This document shows positions 10,120-20,140 of a DNA stretch of 64,000 nucleotides, in pieces. The stretch covers positions 63 through 64,062 of the forward strand of contig JACZYG010000015.1 in NCBI GenBank assembly GCA_022571215.1, written 5' to 3'. The notes below the pieces were generated by a model. That model was not told the DNA's origin. It saw only the letters and a program-made list of their open reading frames with translations, and searched no databases. Origin of the DNA: Fidelibacterota bacterium (GTDB lineage: Bacteria > Fidelibacterota > SORT01). Position 1 is the first letter of the stretch. Each line of letters begins with the position of its first letter. The position numbers and the translations under genes were made by a program.

Positions 10120-10197
10120 CTATCTAACCGTGCTCCCCGTTGTCAATGAAATGATGGACGCGGTAAGTATCATTGTCAATGATAACAGTTCGCTCAT
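10120..10197 (-). CDS. unannotated 25-aa hydrophobic peptide MSELLSLTMILTASIISLTTGSTVR
   Basis: Read by hand: TAAGGT SD 7 nt before ATG; fills the gap between two co-oriented genes; stop lies 2 nt before TPR start. Confidence 0.5.
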   Translation of the reverse strand: MSELLSLTMILTASIISLTTGSTVR

Positions 10198-10236
10198 GTC
10201 GCTTACCTTATATGCCGTAAGATTCAACATCTTACC

Positions 10237-10830
10237 TTAGTATGCCCATCCGTAACGTGTGAAATGATTGATGTAGAATACGAGTGTCTTTTCCTCTTCG
10301 TTTACAGTGTACTCTACTACCTCACCACCCGTACCGTCATCTAATATGAAGTAGACCTGTATCAGGTAGGGATCACCGTCAAAACCAAGAGCATCATAAT
10401 TCAACGTGACCTTTACATCGGTGTTGAATGTTATGCTCGGTAAGAACTCTACCTCGGCTGAACAGGGATTCTTTCCATCCATACAGGTTACCTGTACCGA
10501 TATCGTTGTGTTGTCGTCAACCGCTCCGGCAGGTATCTCTACCGTGTTGCCAAATGTCTTCTGACCGCCGACCGAACCACCGGCGCTAACCGTGATCGTC
10601 TTCTCCGCCACATTTGATTTGTTGAGCGCAGTCAACTTCGCCATTGATTTCGGGCTCCACTTTAGAAAGTTCACACCTTCTAATGATGTAGCCGCTCCTG
10701 CTACCGAAGCAGATGTCTTAGCCGATTCCGGCGCCGTCGTCGCTGCGTAATCGCAAGCAACGCTCAGCAACATCGCTACTACTGTTAACGGTAAAAGCAG
10801 GTTTCTGAAGTGCTTTCTGCTTGTATTCAT
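10237..10830 (-). CDS. lipoprotein with ZU5-like C-terminal domain (likely start 10830, not 10926)
   Basis: GGAGGT SD before MNTSRKH; lipobox SVAC; VEIPAGAV...FLPSITF...HFTRYG. Confidence 0.75.
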   Translation of the reverse strand: MNTSRKHFRNLLLPLTVVAMLLSVACDYAATTAPESAKTSASVAGAATSLEGVNFLKWSPKSMAKLTALNKSNVAEKTITVSAGGSVGGQKTFGNTVEIPAGAVDDNTTISVQVTCMDGKNPCSAEVEFLPSITFNTDVKVTLNYDALGFDGDPYLIQVYFILDDGTGGEVVEYTVNEEEKTLVFYINHFTRYGWAY

Positions 10831-10940
10831 TGTTCGTACCTCCGCGTCCTTTATTTTAATAGTCAATTTTTTGAAAATAGTTTTGATTGTGCTTCCCTCT
10901 CCCATAACGTCAATAATATACGACATGCCTGAATATTGTC

Positions 10941-10956
10941 CGTGATGACTGTCACA
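10941..10956. promoter_or_regulatory. CRP/FNR-type palindromic site
   Basis: CGTGA-TGACTG-TCACA; 9/10 match to TGTGA-N6-TCACA. Confidence 0.4.
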
Positions 10957-11043
10957 ATTTGTATAAAAATTATATATTCCCTACTGCATTGTTAATTAAA
11001 GAGTTACAGCGCGTATATATATAGTTCAGGTCAGCTGTATGCT

Positions 11044-11631
11044 TTAATTCCCGTTCAAACCGAGTAAAATCGTTACTTCTTCTTTTAATTCTGAAAGTTT
11101 AAAAGGTTTTTTTAAATATTTTGATACACCGATGTCCATAAGTTTCTTCTCCGTTTCCTCATTCAGAGTGGAAGAAACCACCATAATTTCTGCAGATTTG
11201 TAATCATCAGTATCTTTCACCCTCTTGATCACCTCATATCCATCGATTTTTGGCATGTTTAAGTCTATTATTAACAGATTTGGAACCGAGTTTCCTATCT
11301 TCATAAGACCATCATAGCCGTCTGTGGCTGTATCTACCTTGAGATCACGGTTGAGACTCTCGAGGGTAAGGACAATAGTTTTTATCATTCCGGGATCGTC
11401 ATCTATAACGAGCACTTTTAATTCTGTACTGCCTAAAATTGACTCGTCGATAGGCATATGGTTTTCTTTCAAAAAGCTGATAAAATCACTTTTTGTAACC
11501 TTAAAATGACCCATAGGAGTCTGAAAACCTGAAAGGTGACCTTCTCGTATCCACCGTTTCACGGTAGTAACGTTTACCTCGCAATAACCCGCTATATCCC
11601 CCGTTGATAAGTATTTTTTGTCCATCATCAT
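11044..11631 (-). CDS. response regulator with N-terminal excisionase-like HTH and C-terminal receiver
   Basis: YLSTGDIAGYCEVNVTTVKRWI; VLVIDDD, IIDLNMPKIDG, KPF. Confidence 0.92.
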   Translation of the reverse strand: MMMDKKYLSTGDIAGYCEVNVTTVKRWIREGHLSGFQTPMGHFKVTKSDFISFLKENHMPIDESILGSTELKVLVIDDDPGMIKTIVLTLESLNRDLKVDTATDGYDGLMKIGNSVPNLLIIDLNMPKIDGYEVIKRVKDTDDYKSAEIMVVSSTLNEETEKKLMDIGVSKYLKKPFKLSELKEEVTILLGLNGN

Positions 11632-11932
11632 AATATTAGAACGCTCGATTTACCTCTTTGTTCCTATTTGTACGATATAATTACTTTTCTCAAATTGCCC
11701 TATAGACTTGGGAATATAGCATTTGCCTCATTCAATTACAACCTATTTTTTAAAGTAATGAAGCAATTTCAATGGTTACACGATATTTATCTAATACAAT
11801 AAATTTCATATTCAGTAGGTATTTCTTGCTTGACTTGGAGCGTATCAGGATATACTTTTCAATTTCTGGGAATTATCCTTTTTCTAAAGACAGATTAGGC
11901 GGCAGATATTTTAATTATAACTGATTTTATAG

Positions 11933-14413
11933 ATGTTATCCCTACCTAAATTTGCTCGAATAACCGTCTTCTCGGTTGTAGCTTTTATCACCGTTTTCCT
12001 TGCTACTATTAACTCAGGAAGGTTATCCGATTGGCCGCAAGTCGGCGCGGTGTTTTCTTTCGAAAACAAGCAGGCTGTTGTCCTTGAAATCAATGAAAAC
12101 GAGAAAGACATAAGAATTGGGGACACCTTACTCTCCATAGACGGGAATAGTGTTGATAATAAATTCAATTTATTAAGAGAGTTATGGGCGAAACCTCTTA
12201 CAACCGAAAGAACTTTCCTCATCAAACGCAATGGAGAGACGCTCTCACTGTATATAACGCTCAGGAATCGTTTTTCGAACACGGAAATAATCCTTAGAAT
12301 TCTTTTAGCAGCGCTGTTATTGGCGTTAGGTATGTTTATTTTTTACAAACGTATGTTGATCCATTCTGTCCGCAATCTGTCGTATATATTTATGCTTCTC
12401 GCGTTCTCTGTGAGTGTACCCATAAGTGAGCGTTCGGGGATTGACCTGTTCAGTATAGTTATTCCTTTATGGTGGTCGGTACTCTTTGCTATGATTCCTC
12501 CCATAACTCTGAATTTTGCTCTACGGTTTCCCTATAAAAAGGAAATACTAAAAAAGCGGCCTTATATCGCTTTTCTAATTTATCTGCCTACCGTGATTTT
12601 CATTCCCATTCTTTTATCCGCGCTCCTTGAAGGAGGTCTTTATCAGGAACTCGTAGCCTATCCTCTGTATGACATAACTTATAAGCTGTTCACCGGCTAT
12701 ATGCTCATTTACATACTGATCGCTTACTTTATTTTATTCAAGGTCCTGCGTAATCCGATGGAAAGAAAGCAGAAGATGCAGGTACTTTGGTTTATCTACG
12801 GGTCCGCTGTCGGTCTATTTCCATATTTGTTTCTGCGTGTATTACCTAAAATATTAGGATTCGAAACTCTTATATCGTGGGAAGTGGTTCTTCTGACGCT
12901 ATTTGCGGTGCCGATTTCGTGGGCTATTTCCGTCTTTGGCTACCAGCTCTTCGACGTCGAAGTCGTCATCAACAGAAGTTTAGTCTATTTCACCGTGTTA
13001 TCCTCTCTCGTAACAGTATATATAATTATAATTTATCTTTCTTCCTTATATTTAGGCACTTTTTATGATCTGAATGACAGGATGTTCACGACTCTGACCA
13101 TCGTTGGAGCCGCGTTGTTGTTTGAGCCGGCGCGAAGAAGGATACAATATCTCATAGACAGATTCTTTTACCGCGATTGGTACAGCTATCGAAACACACT
13201 CCTTCAACTCGGCAGACAGCTCTCCTCTATCTCAGACCCACACGCTCTTTACGCGGAATTAGTCAAACAACTTGTTGAAATACTTTATCTTCACAACGCT
13301 TTCTTTTTTGAACTTATAGAGGAAAAACCGGGTAACATTCACACCTTCCGTCTTTCTACGGCTCAAGGCTTGACCGAAGAAGAGATTTCGAGCAGTGACA
13401 ACCTAAGCGGCGGTATTGATTTAGAGATGTCTTCACCGATAATGACACGGTTCGTCGAGAAATTAGATCCGATACATGTTGACCAGATTTGGATATTTCC
13501 CGATCTGCCCGAAGGCTTAAAAGCGCTTCGCCGGGATATGGACAATTTCCACTCTCAGCTGTTTGTGCCTATCGCGCTCAACAATAAGCTGATAGGCATT
13601 ATGTGCTTAGGGAAAAAACGTTCCGGCGCGAGCTTCTCTTTCAAAGACATTCAGCTGCTGAAATCGCTGCAACACGAAGTAAACATAGCCTTGAAGAACT
13701 CGGACCTCATTCGGGGTCTTATCGAAGCTGAACGACTCGCATCTCTTGGCGAAATGTCCGCGAAGATAGCCCATGAAATAAATAACCCGCTCACCGTTAT
13801 AATAATGAACGCTCAATTGGAGCTTGAAAAGGAGCAAAACTCGGCAATGAGCGACACTCTTAATCTTATCGTCAAACATTCTAAAAATATAAAGGAATTG
13901 ACCAGAGGTTATATGAACCTCGGCAAATCCGTAGAATTTGAAAAGAAAAACTTGCTTCTCAGCGAGGTACTACACGCTACGGTTAATTCATTAAAGCCGC
14001 TCGGACAACTTAAATATGTAACTTTGGAAGAATCCTATGCCGACGGTGAACCGGAAGTTTTTGCTGATTTTTCAAGCCTCGAGCAAGTATTCAGGAATCT
14101 TTTGCTGAATGCGGTTCACGCTTCAGCCGCTAATCCGATGAGGAAAATAGTCGTCGGCGTTAATCCCTTTGAAAATGGTGAATTTGTTGAGGCTTTTGTC
14201 TCTGATAACGGTACCGGGATCGAGCCCGAAATAATCGGTAAGATTTTTGACCAATATTTTTCCACCAAAAAAGAAGATATGGGCACCGGACTCGGTCTTT
14301 CTGTTGTCAAAGAGATAATCGAGACAGTTCACAATGGTAAAATATCCGTTGAATCCGAGATCGGTAAAGGAACCGTGTTCAAAATACTGCTTCCGGCGGT
14401 AAGTCCGGCATAA
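11933..14413 (+). CDS. membrane sensor histidine kinase (PDZ-like, multi-TM, GAF, HisKA, HATPase)
   Basis: IRIGDTLLSIDG; AHEINNPL; NLLLNA; DNGTGI; GTGLGL. Confidence 0.93.
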   Translation: MLSLPKFARITVFSVVAFITVFLATINSGRLSDWPQVGAVFSFENKQAVVLEINENEKDIRIGDTLLSIDGNSVDNKFNLLRELWAKPLTTERTFLIKRNGETLSLYITLRNRFSNTEIILRILLAALLLALGMFIFYKRMLIHSVRNLSYIFMLLAFSVSVPISERSGIDLFSIVIPLWWSVLFAMIPPITLNFALRFPYKKEILKKRPYIAFLIYLPTVIFIPILLSALLEGGLYQELVAYPLYDITYKLFTGYMLIYILIAYFILFKVLRNPMERKQKMQVLWFIYGSAVGLFPYLFLRVLPKILGFETLISWEVVLLTLFAVPISWAISVFGYQLFDVEVVINRSLVYFTVLSSLVTVYIIIIYLSSLYLGTFYDLNDRMFTTLTIVGAALLFEPARRRIQYLIDRFFYRDWYSYRNTLLQLGRQLSSISDPHALYAELVKQLVEILYLHNAFFFELIEEKPGNIHTFRLSTAQGLTEEEISSSDNLSGGIDLEMSSPIMTRFVEKLDPIHVDQIWIFPDLPEGLKALRRDMDNFHSQLFVPIALNNKLIGIMCLGKKRSGASFSFKDIQLLKSLQHEVNIALKNSDLIRGLIEAERLASLGEMSAKIAHEINNPLTVIIMNAQLELEKEQNSAMSDTLNLIVKHSKNIKELTRGYMNLGKSVEFEKKNLLLSEVLHATVNSLKPLGQLKYVTLEESYADGEPEVFADFSSLEQVFRNLLLNAVHASAANPMRKIVVGVNPFENGEFVEAFVSDNGTGIEPEIIGKIFDQYFSTKKEDMGTGLGLSVVKEIIETVHNGKISVESEIGKGTVFKILLPAVSPA

Positions 14414-14447
14414 TTATAGCTGAAATGACTTAGGGAATATAAATCCT

Positions 14448-15071
14448 CTAATACTTGTAATCTAAAGCGTTTTGCAACGCCGCATTACAACCGTCAGCCG
14501 TCGGCTCAGCATGTCCGGGACACAATGCAGTCGCGGAAAGTTCAAGAAGTCTTTTCACCTCTTCTCTTGCCTGTTCATACGGAGGCATATTTTCTCCTAT
14601 CGGAAAGCGATACGGTCCTCCCTCGCTCTGAGTAATCAGGTCTCCGCAAAATAGAACCGTTGTGTCGTCGGTGTGAGTGTATAGAAGGTGACATGTATTT
14701 TTGAACCAGTTGCCCGCAACCGCTTTTATTCCGGCAGGAAGCTTATCTCCCTCACCGTACCAATGGTCCGGCTCTTCGTCGAGTCCTTTAGAACCGACCG
14801 GCGCATAAACCGTAGCGCCAAATTCTTTCCGATAACGCCATGATGAGCGTTGGTGACCACCGGCGCTGAGTATGACATATTTGGTTTCCGCTACTTCATG
14901 GGTTATCTCATCTTCAAGCGTTACAGGATCGATGACGACCAATCCGTCACTGCTCTTTAACGCATAGCCGTCACCTCTAAAATCACCTATCCGCTCATCG
15001 TTGATTCTGAAATGAAGTAACCACGGAAATACGTAATTTACTTCACTCGCGCGCGCTTTAGGTTCCGACAT
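14448..15071 (-). CDS. metallo-beta-lactamase-fold protein
   Basis: VVIDP, GHQRS, LFCGD, CPGH; canonical HxHxDH is degenerate. Confidence 0.7.
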   Translation of the reverse strand: MSEPKARASEVNYVFPWLLHFRINDERIGDFRGDGYALKSSDGLVVIDPVTLEDEITHEVAETKYVILSAGGHQRSSWRYRKEFGATVYAPVGSKGLDEEPDHWYGEGDKLPAGIKAVAGNWFKNTCHLLYTHTDDTTVLFCGDLITQSEGGPYRFPIGENMPPYEQAREEVKRLLELSATALCPGHAEPTADGCNAALQNALDYKY

Positions 15072-15094
15072 TCAACACTCCTTTTTATTGTTAT

Positions 15095-16321
15095 TTATTT
15101 TTCTTCATCTTGATAAGACGGTCTTCTCCCCCGCCCCATAAAACGCCTGATCAACAGAAAGAACAACAGCAGCGCCGTCCCCTGATATAGAAGCGAATAC
15201 TTGCTGTTGAAGAATCCTTCAGACTCTTTTTCCACTATCGTAAGATTCGCTGAGAAAAAAGGCAAAACGCTCTTCGTGATACGGTTGTGTATCCGATTCA
15301 AGTTGTCCCCGTCATACAACTCGAACCGGTGGTTGATATTCCACTCCTTGAGCTTAACGGAAAATTGTCCGTTAGAGTTCATATGCTTGTCAGCAAAACC
15401 CAAATCGAATTTCAACGCTTTCGGATGACCGTCAATTTCGATTATAGCGTTCATATATTTTATCAGCAATTCGTCATTTGTAAGAGAGAACGAAAGCCAC
15501 TTTTCCCAGGCCATTTCGTTCAAAACTTCTTCGCCGTTTTCATAAACATAAGGCAGGTCGCCCATGAAAGGCTTATTCTGAGCGTTCGGAGAGAATGCAG
15601 CCGCTTTCGAGATCATAATTCGCGTAGAATAACTGAGTGAGTCGAACGAAGAGAGTTCGCTCATCGTTGAAGCTTTCAGCATCCGCTCCTTATTACTTTC
15701 GAGAAAACCGGAACCTATATAAGGTTCGGCAACGCTCATTCCGTAAACGGCGCCGAACTTGTCGGGATTATTCAATCCGATCCAAAGCGCTCCGAATCCG
15801 CCCATCGAATGACCCGCGATTCCCCTTCCCAATGGACTTTTCACCGTTCGATAATTTTTATCTATCTCAGAAACGAGGTCTTTAACGATAAAATCCTCCC
15901 AGCCGCCCGCCACTCCGGAATTGACGTACCAACTCCCGCCGTATCTGTTCTTCGCGCCCGGCATAATTATCAGCATCGGTTGGATAGTCCCCTCCTCAAC
16001 AAGATAATCCGCTACATCCGCAATGCTCCACCCCCTTCCAAGCCACTCCTTGCCCGAAGTCCACAGTTGATAATCCGCATCATAGCCGTGCAGCAGGTAG
16101 ATAACGGGATACTCTTTTTCTTTGTTTTCCTCATCGTGATATCCGGGAGGGAGATAAACGATGACATTTCTGAGGGGCGAATCACCAAGCAGGTTCCCTT
16201 CTAACGAAGGACTATTTACGGTGATGGGCTGGAGCCTATCCGCTTTTTCACTCTGCGCAAAGATGGAAGCCGAAAATGAAAAAGAGAGCATGATTATTTT
16301 GATCAGTGAATTATTGGTCAT
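15095..16321 (-). CDS. secreted/membrane-anchored alpha/beta-hydrolase (esterase family)
   Basis: VYLPPGY, YPVIYLLHG, GHSMGG; C-terminal TM. Confidence 0.85.
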   Translation of the reverse strand: MTNNSLIKIIMLSFSFSASIFAQSEKADRLQPITVNSPSLEGNLLGDSPLRNVIVYLPPGYHDEENKEKEYPVIYLLHGYDADYQLWTSGKEWLGRGWSIADVADYLVEEGTIQPMLIIMPGAKNRYGGSWYVNSGVAGGWEDFIVKDLVSEIDKNYRTVKSPLGRGIAGHSMGGFGALWIGLNNPDKFGAVYGMSVAEPYIGSGFLESNKERMLKASTMSELSSFDSLSYSTRIMISKAAAFSPNAQNKPFMGDLPYVYENGEEVLNEMAWEKWLSFSLTNDELLIKYMNAIIEIDGHPKALKFDLGFADKHMNSNGQFSVKLKEWNINHRFELYDGDNLNRIHNRITKSVLPFFSANLTIVEKESEGFFNSKYSLLYQGTALLLFFLLIRRFMGRGRRPSYQDEEK

Positions 16322-16383
16322 GCGGTAACTTAACGGTTTTTCACTTTGACGGCAAGAAATTCATGCGGGTCGGAATTTTTACA

Positions 16384-16885
16384 ATCCCGCCTTAGGCGGC
16401 GACAGACTTACCGTGCTCACAAGTCAACCACCCCTGCCTCTTCGAGGCTTCCCCTCCTTAAAAAGGAGGGGGAAAGTCACCGTCATTGCGAGACTTAATT
16501 CATTAGGTCGAAGCAACCTTATAATCGCAATACAGAAAGACCCGAGTTTACTTCGTCGTTTCTCTCCTCGTAAAGACGGCACATTATACCACTCTTAATA
16601 CGCCCTGACCGCACTCACGAGTCAACCACCCCTGCCTCTTCGAGGCTTCCCCTCCTTCAAAAGGAGGGGAAAATAATGCTCCGCAGGAGCGGGCCTGCCC
16701 GACTAATGTCAGGCGGGGGATATTATCTATCGGTAATTTCTAATTTAACCAAATAGGATAAATCACACCCCTCGTCCGTCAGATGACGGACACTTCCCTC
16801 AAGGGGAGAGGTTGATCGTCTTTGCGAGGATTGGACTCCTCGCAAAGACACGGAACTGAGCTCGGGTCTTGCCCTGACCGCACTC
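16384..16885. repeat. intergenic palindromic mosaic (A x3, B x2, C halves, E)
   Basis: Two near-identical GTCAACCACCCCTGCCTCTTCGAGGCTTCCCCTCCTT..AAGGAGGGG copies (16423, 16621); CGTCATTGCGAG; CCTGCCCGACTAATGTCAGGCGGG. Confidence 0.9.
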
Positions 16886-16909
16886 ATAAAACAACCTCCC
16901 ACATTTCCC

Positions 16910-16939
16910 TTGATTACACCACTTCTTCCTTAGTATCAT
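16910..16939 (+). promoter_or_regulatory. putative sigma70 promoter
   Basis: TTGATT-N18-TATCAT. Confidence 0.5.
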
Positions 16940-16963
16940 ACTATTCACTCATCGTTTGAATCG

Positions 16964-19825
16964 ATGAAAAATTGGAGAACAAGAATGAAACAACTACGCC
17001 TTTTTGCAGCATTACTACTGCTGATTACTTTTTCTACCTGCTCCACCCGGCAGGCAGGAAAACAAACTTCCGAATCCTTTGAACCTCCTTTAACCGCAAC
17101 CATTCCGATTAACCCGAACGTCATAAAGGGAGAATTGGAAAACGGTATCAAGTATCTAATCCTTGTGAACAAAAAGCCTGAAAATCGAGCGGAATTGAGG
17201 CTTGTCGTAAATGTAGGTTCCGTGTTAGAAGCTGATGACCAGCAAGGACTTGCGCATTTCACCGAGCACATGGCTTTCAACGGTACCGAGCACTTTGCGA
17301 AGCATGAAATCATCGATTATCTCGAGTCAATAGGCACACGTTTCGGGGCTGACTTGAACGCATATACGAGTTTTGATGAAACTGTTTATAAGTTAAGAGT
17401 CCCGACCGACAGCATCGCGATAGTTGAAAAAGCGTTTCTAATACTTGAGGACTGGGCAAAGGGAATCACCTTCTCCGATGAAGAGATAGATAAGGAAAGA
17501 GGTGTCGTTATTGAAGAGTGGCGTCGTGGTCAGGGCGCCGAAATGAGGATGTTCAATAAGCAGCTCCCTATTCTCTTCAAAGATTCGCGCTATGCCGAAC
17601 GCTTACCCATAGGGAAGAAGGAAATTTTGGAGAGCTTCCCGTATGAAGCCGTAAAACGTTTTTATAAGGATTGGTATCGCCCGGAACTGATGTCGGTCAT
17701 CGCCGTCGGGGATTTTGACCCCGAATGGATCGAGGGTTTGATTCATGAGCATTTCAGCCGTATTCCCGCAAGCGAAACCGTGAAAACACGTGAGATATTC
17801 CGTATTCCGGATCACGCGGAAACTCTCACCGCCATAGCATCAGACCCTGAGGCTACAGGTTCCAGAATAGCTATCTACTACAAGGTCGAGCCGAAAGAAC
17901 AAAACAGTCACGGCGCGTATCGCGAAGGAATCATAACCAATCTCTACAATAACATGCTGAACAATCGGTTTCAAGAATTGCTGACCGAGCCGGATGCGCC
18001 CTTCTTATATGGATTTTCCGCGCAAGGCAGATTCGTCCGAACCAAAGAGGTTTACTATCTCGGCGCGGGTGTCGGCGACAATGGAATCGAGAGAGGTGTG
18101 GAAGCGCTGCTCACGGAAGCGGAACGGATTGCAAGATACGGGTTTACCGAATCTGAACTCGAACGGAATAAAGTCAGCATCATGCGCAGCATGGAAAAGG
18201 CATATTTGGAGCGGGACAAAACCAATTCACGTTCGTATGCGGCTGAATATATCAGGCACTTTCTCGTTGGAGAACCGATTCCCGGTATCGAGTATGAATA
18301 TAATCTTTACAAGCAATATCTCCCCGGCATCTCAATCGAGGAGATTAACGCGCTTGCCCGCAGCTGGCTGCCCGACGAAAATCGTGTAGTGCTGATAAAC
18401 CTGCCCGAGAAAGAAGGTATCAACGAGGTGAGAGAATCAGATCTGCTTGCCATCTTCAGCAGTGTTGAATCATCCGATCTCGAACCATACGTAGATGCGG
18501 TATCCGACGCTCCTTTACTGCCCGACTTAGCAGAACCTTCCGGCGTCTTATCCACACGCTTCATAGAGGAGATCAACGTCCACGAACTGACGTTGACTAA
18601 TAACGTTCGCATCTTGATGAAGAAAACCGATTTCAAGAACGATGAGATACTTTTCAGGGCATACAGCAGGGGCGGCAGATCCCTCCTCAGCGATGAGGAT
18701 ATAGTAGCGGGCAGAACGGCAACCGATATTGTCGGTGAAAGCGGATATGGAACTTTTAATTATATCCAACTTAAAAAACGGTTGGCGGGTAAGATTGTCA
18801 GCGTATCCCCTTACATCGGTTCGATGATGGAAGGGATCACAGGTTCATCCTCGCCCGAAGATTTAGAGACGATGTTTCAACTTATACATCTTATCTTCCA
18901 ATCTCCACGCAAGGACACTACCGCTTTTTTAGCGTATAAAGAACGGATGACGGGGTTTCTCCAAAATCTCAGAGCGCGTCCTGAAGCAGCATTCCGGGAC
19001 ACCGTATCGGCGATACTGACACAGCGGAGTCCCCGCTACCGTCCATGGTCTATAGACTTCATAGACGAGTTCGACCACGACAGGTCGTTTGAGATTTTCC
19101 GCGACCGGTTCGCGGATGTAGACGGCTTCACATTCATTTTTGTCGGCAATTTCGAGATAGACGAACTGACCGAACTGGCTCAAACGTATCTCGGTAGTCT
19201 GCCGGCGCTAAACAGAAACGAAAATTGGCGGGACGACGGAGTTGACCCCCCTGTCGGAGTCATCAAGCGGAGCGTGTTCAAGGGACAGGAACCGAAAAGT
19301 TTTACGCGATTCGCTTTCACGGGTGATTTTAAATGGAATCGCCAAAACAGATACGAGTTAGCTTCAATGGCGAAAGTACTTGGTATCAAGCTGCGGGAAG
19401 TGCTGCGGGAAGATCTCGGCGGAACATACGGCGCGCGGGTACGGGCGACAGCGCAAGAGTTTCCGGATCAGGAATACCGCGTGGATATTTCATTCGGAAG
19501 CGCTCCCGAACGAGTCAGCGAACTTTCCGAAGCCGTGCTTTTGCAGATAGACAGCCTGAAGAACTTCGGCACTACCGATAAATATCTCACAAAGGTCAAG
19601 GAGATTCAGCTTCGCAGTCGCGAGACAGACCTGAAGGAAAACGGGTTTTGGGTCAGCGCTCTCGAAAACATCGCTAAACATAACGGGGATTTTTCTGATA
19701 TGAACAGCTATGACGAGCTTGTGGAATCACTCTCCCTCGAAACCATCCAAAATGCCGCACGAAAATATCTCAATGATAATAATTACGTGCAGGTTTCACT
19801 CTATCCTGAGGGATTCGAAGAATGA
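16964..19825 (+). CDS. M16 family zinc protease (PqqL-like)
   Basis: GLAHFTEHMAFNGT (HxxEH), NAYTSFDETVY; duplicated M16 domains. Confidence 0.93.
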   Translation: MKNWRTRMKQLRLFAALLLLITFSTCSTRQAGKQTSESFEPPLTATIPINPNVIKGELENGIKYLILVNKKPENRAELRLVVNVGSVLEADDQQGLAHFTEHMAFNGTEHFAKHEIIDYLESIGTRFGADLNAYTSFDETVYKLRVPTDSIAIVEKAFLILEDWAKGITFSDEEIDKERGVVIEEWRRGQGAEMRMFNKQLPILFKDSRYAERLPIGKKEILESFPYEAVKRFYKDWYRPELMSVIAVGDFDPEWIEGLIHEHFSRIPASETVKTREIFRIPDHAETLTAIASDPEATGSRIAIYYKVEPKEQNSHGAYREGIITNLYNNMLNNRFQELLTEPDAPFLYGFSAQGRFVRTKEVYYLGAGVGDNGIERGVEALLTEAERIARYGFTESELERNKVSIMRSMEKAYLERDKTNSRSYAAEYIRHFLVGEPIPGIEYEYNLYKQYLPGISIEEINALARSWLPDENRVVLINLPEKEGINEVRESDLLAIFSSVESSDLEPYVDAVSDAPLLPDLAEPSGVLSTRFIEEINVHELTLTNNVRILMKKTDFKNDEILFRAYSRGGRSLLSDEDIVAGRTATDIVGESGYGTFNYIQLKKRLAGKIVSVSPYIGSMMEGITGSSSPEDLETMFQLIHLIFQSPRKDTTAFLAYKERMTGFLQNLRARPEAAFRDTVSAILTQRSPRYRPWSIDFIDEFDHDRSFEIFRDRFADVDGFTFIFVGNFEIDELTELAQTYLGSLPALNRNENWRDDGVDPPVGVIKRSVFKGQEPKSFTRFAFTGDFKWNRQNRYELASMAKVLGIKLREVLREDLGGTYGARVRATAQEFPDQEYRVDISFGSAPERVSELSEAVLLQIDSLKNFGTTDKYLTKVKEIQLRSRETDLKENGFWVSALENIAKHNGDFSDMNSYDELVESLSLETIQNAARKYLNDNNYVQVSLYPEGFEE

Positions 19826-19914
19826 CGATTTATTAGGCTCATCTACGAGCCAGAATTTGCAACGAAGTTCCTACGGAGCAAAGACAGGTATAGGTGAGGC
19901 TGCCTGCATTATGT

Positions 19915-20006
19915 AACTCTTGACACACCCCGCCCTTCGGGCACCCCTCTTAATAGAGGGGTGGATTCGAATCCAAAGGATGAGAAGACGGGGTGTGTCA
20001 AGAGTT
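19915..20006. repeat. complete 92-bp family-A element with 18-bp terminal inverted repeats
   Basis: AACTCTTGACACACCCCG ... CGGGGTGTGTCAAGAGTT with central CACCCCTCT/AGAGGGGTG stem. Confidence 0.92.
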
Positions 20007-20140
20007 GAAGATTAACGTCATTGCTAAAAACAGACTACACTGATAAATATTTAGTCGTTTCCAATTTGCGCGTTTAATAGTACATTCTACATTAAACGCA
20101 CTACTCGCAATTAAATAGAATTCAAAACGGAGGCAACACC

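Noticed and set aside
10831-10926. N-terminal extension of the lipoprotein ORF
   Set aside because: A strong SD and the signal peptide begin at 10830.
16384-16885. CRISPR array
   Set aside because: Repeats are heterogeneous and irregularly spaced, with no cas genes; same for the other mosaics.
17037-17058. CCTGC..CGGCAGGCAGG in the M16 gene as a coding micro-insertion
   Set aside because: Only a partial palindrome and explainable as signal-peptide-adjacent codons; needs homologue alignment.
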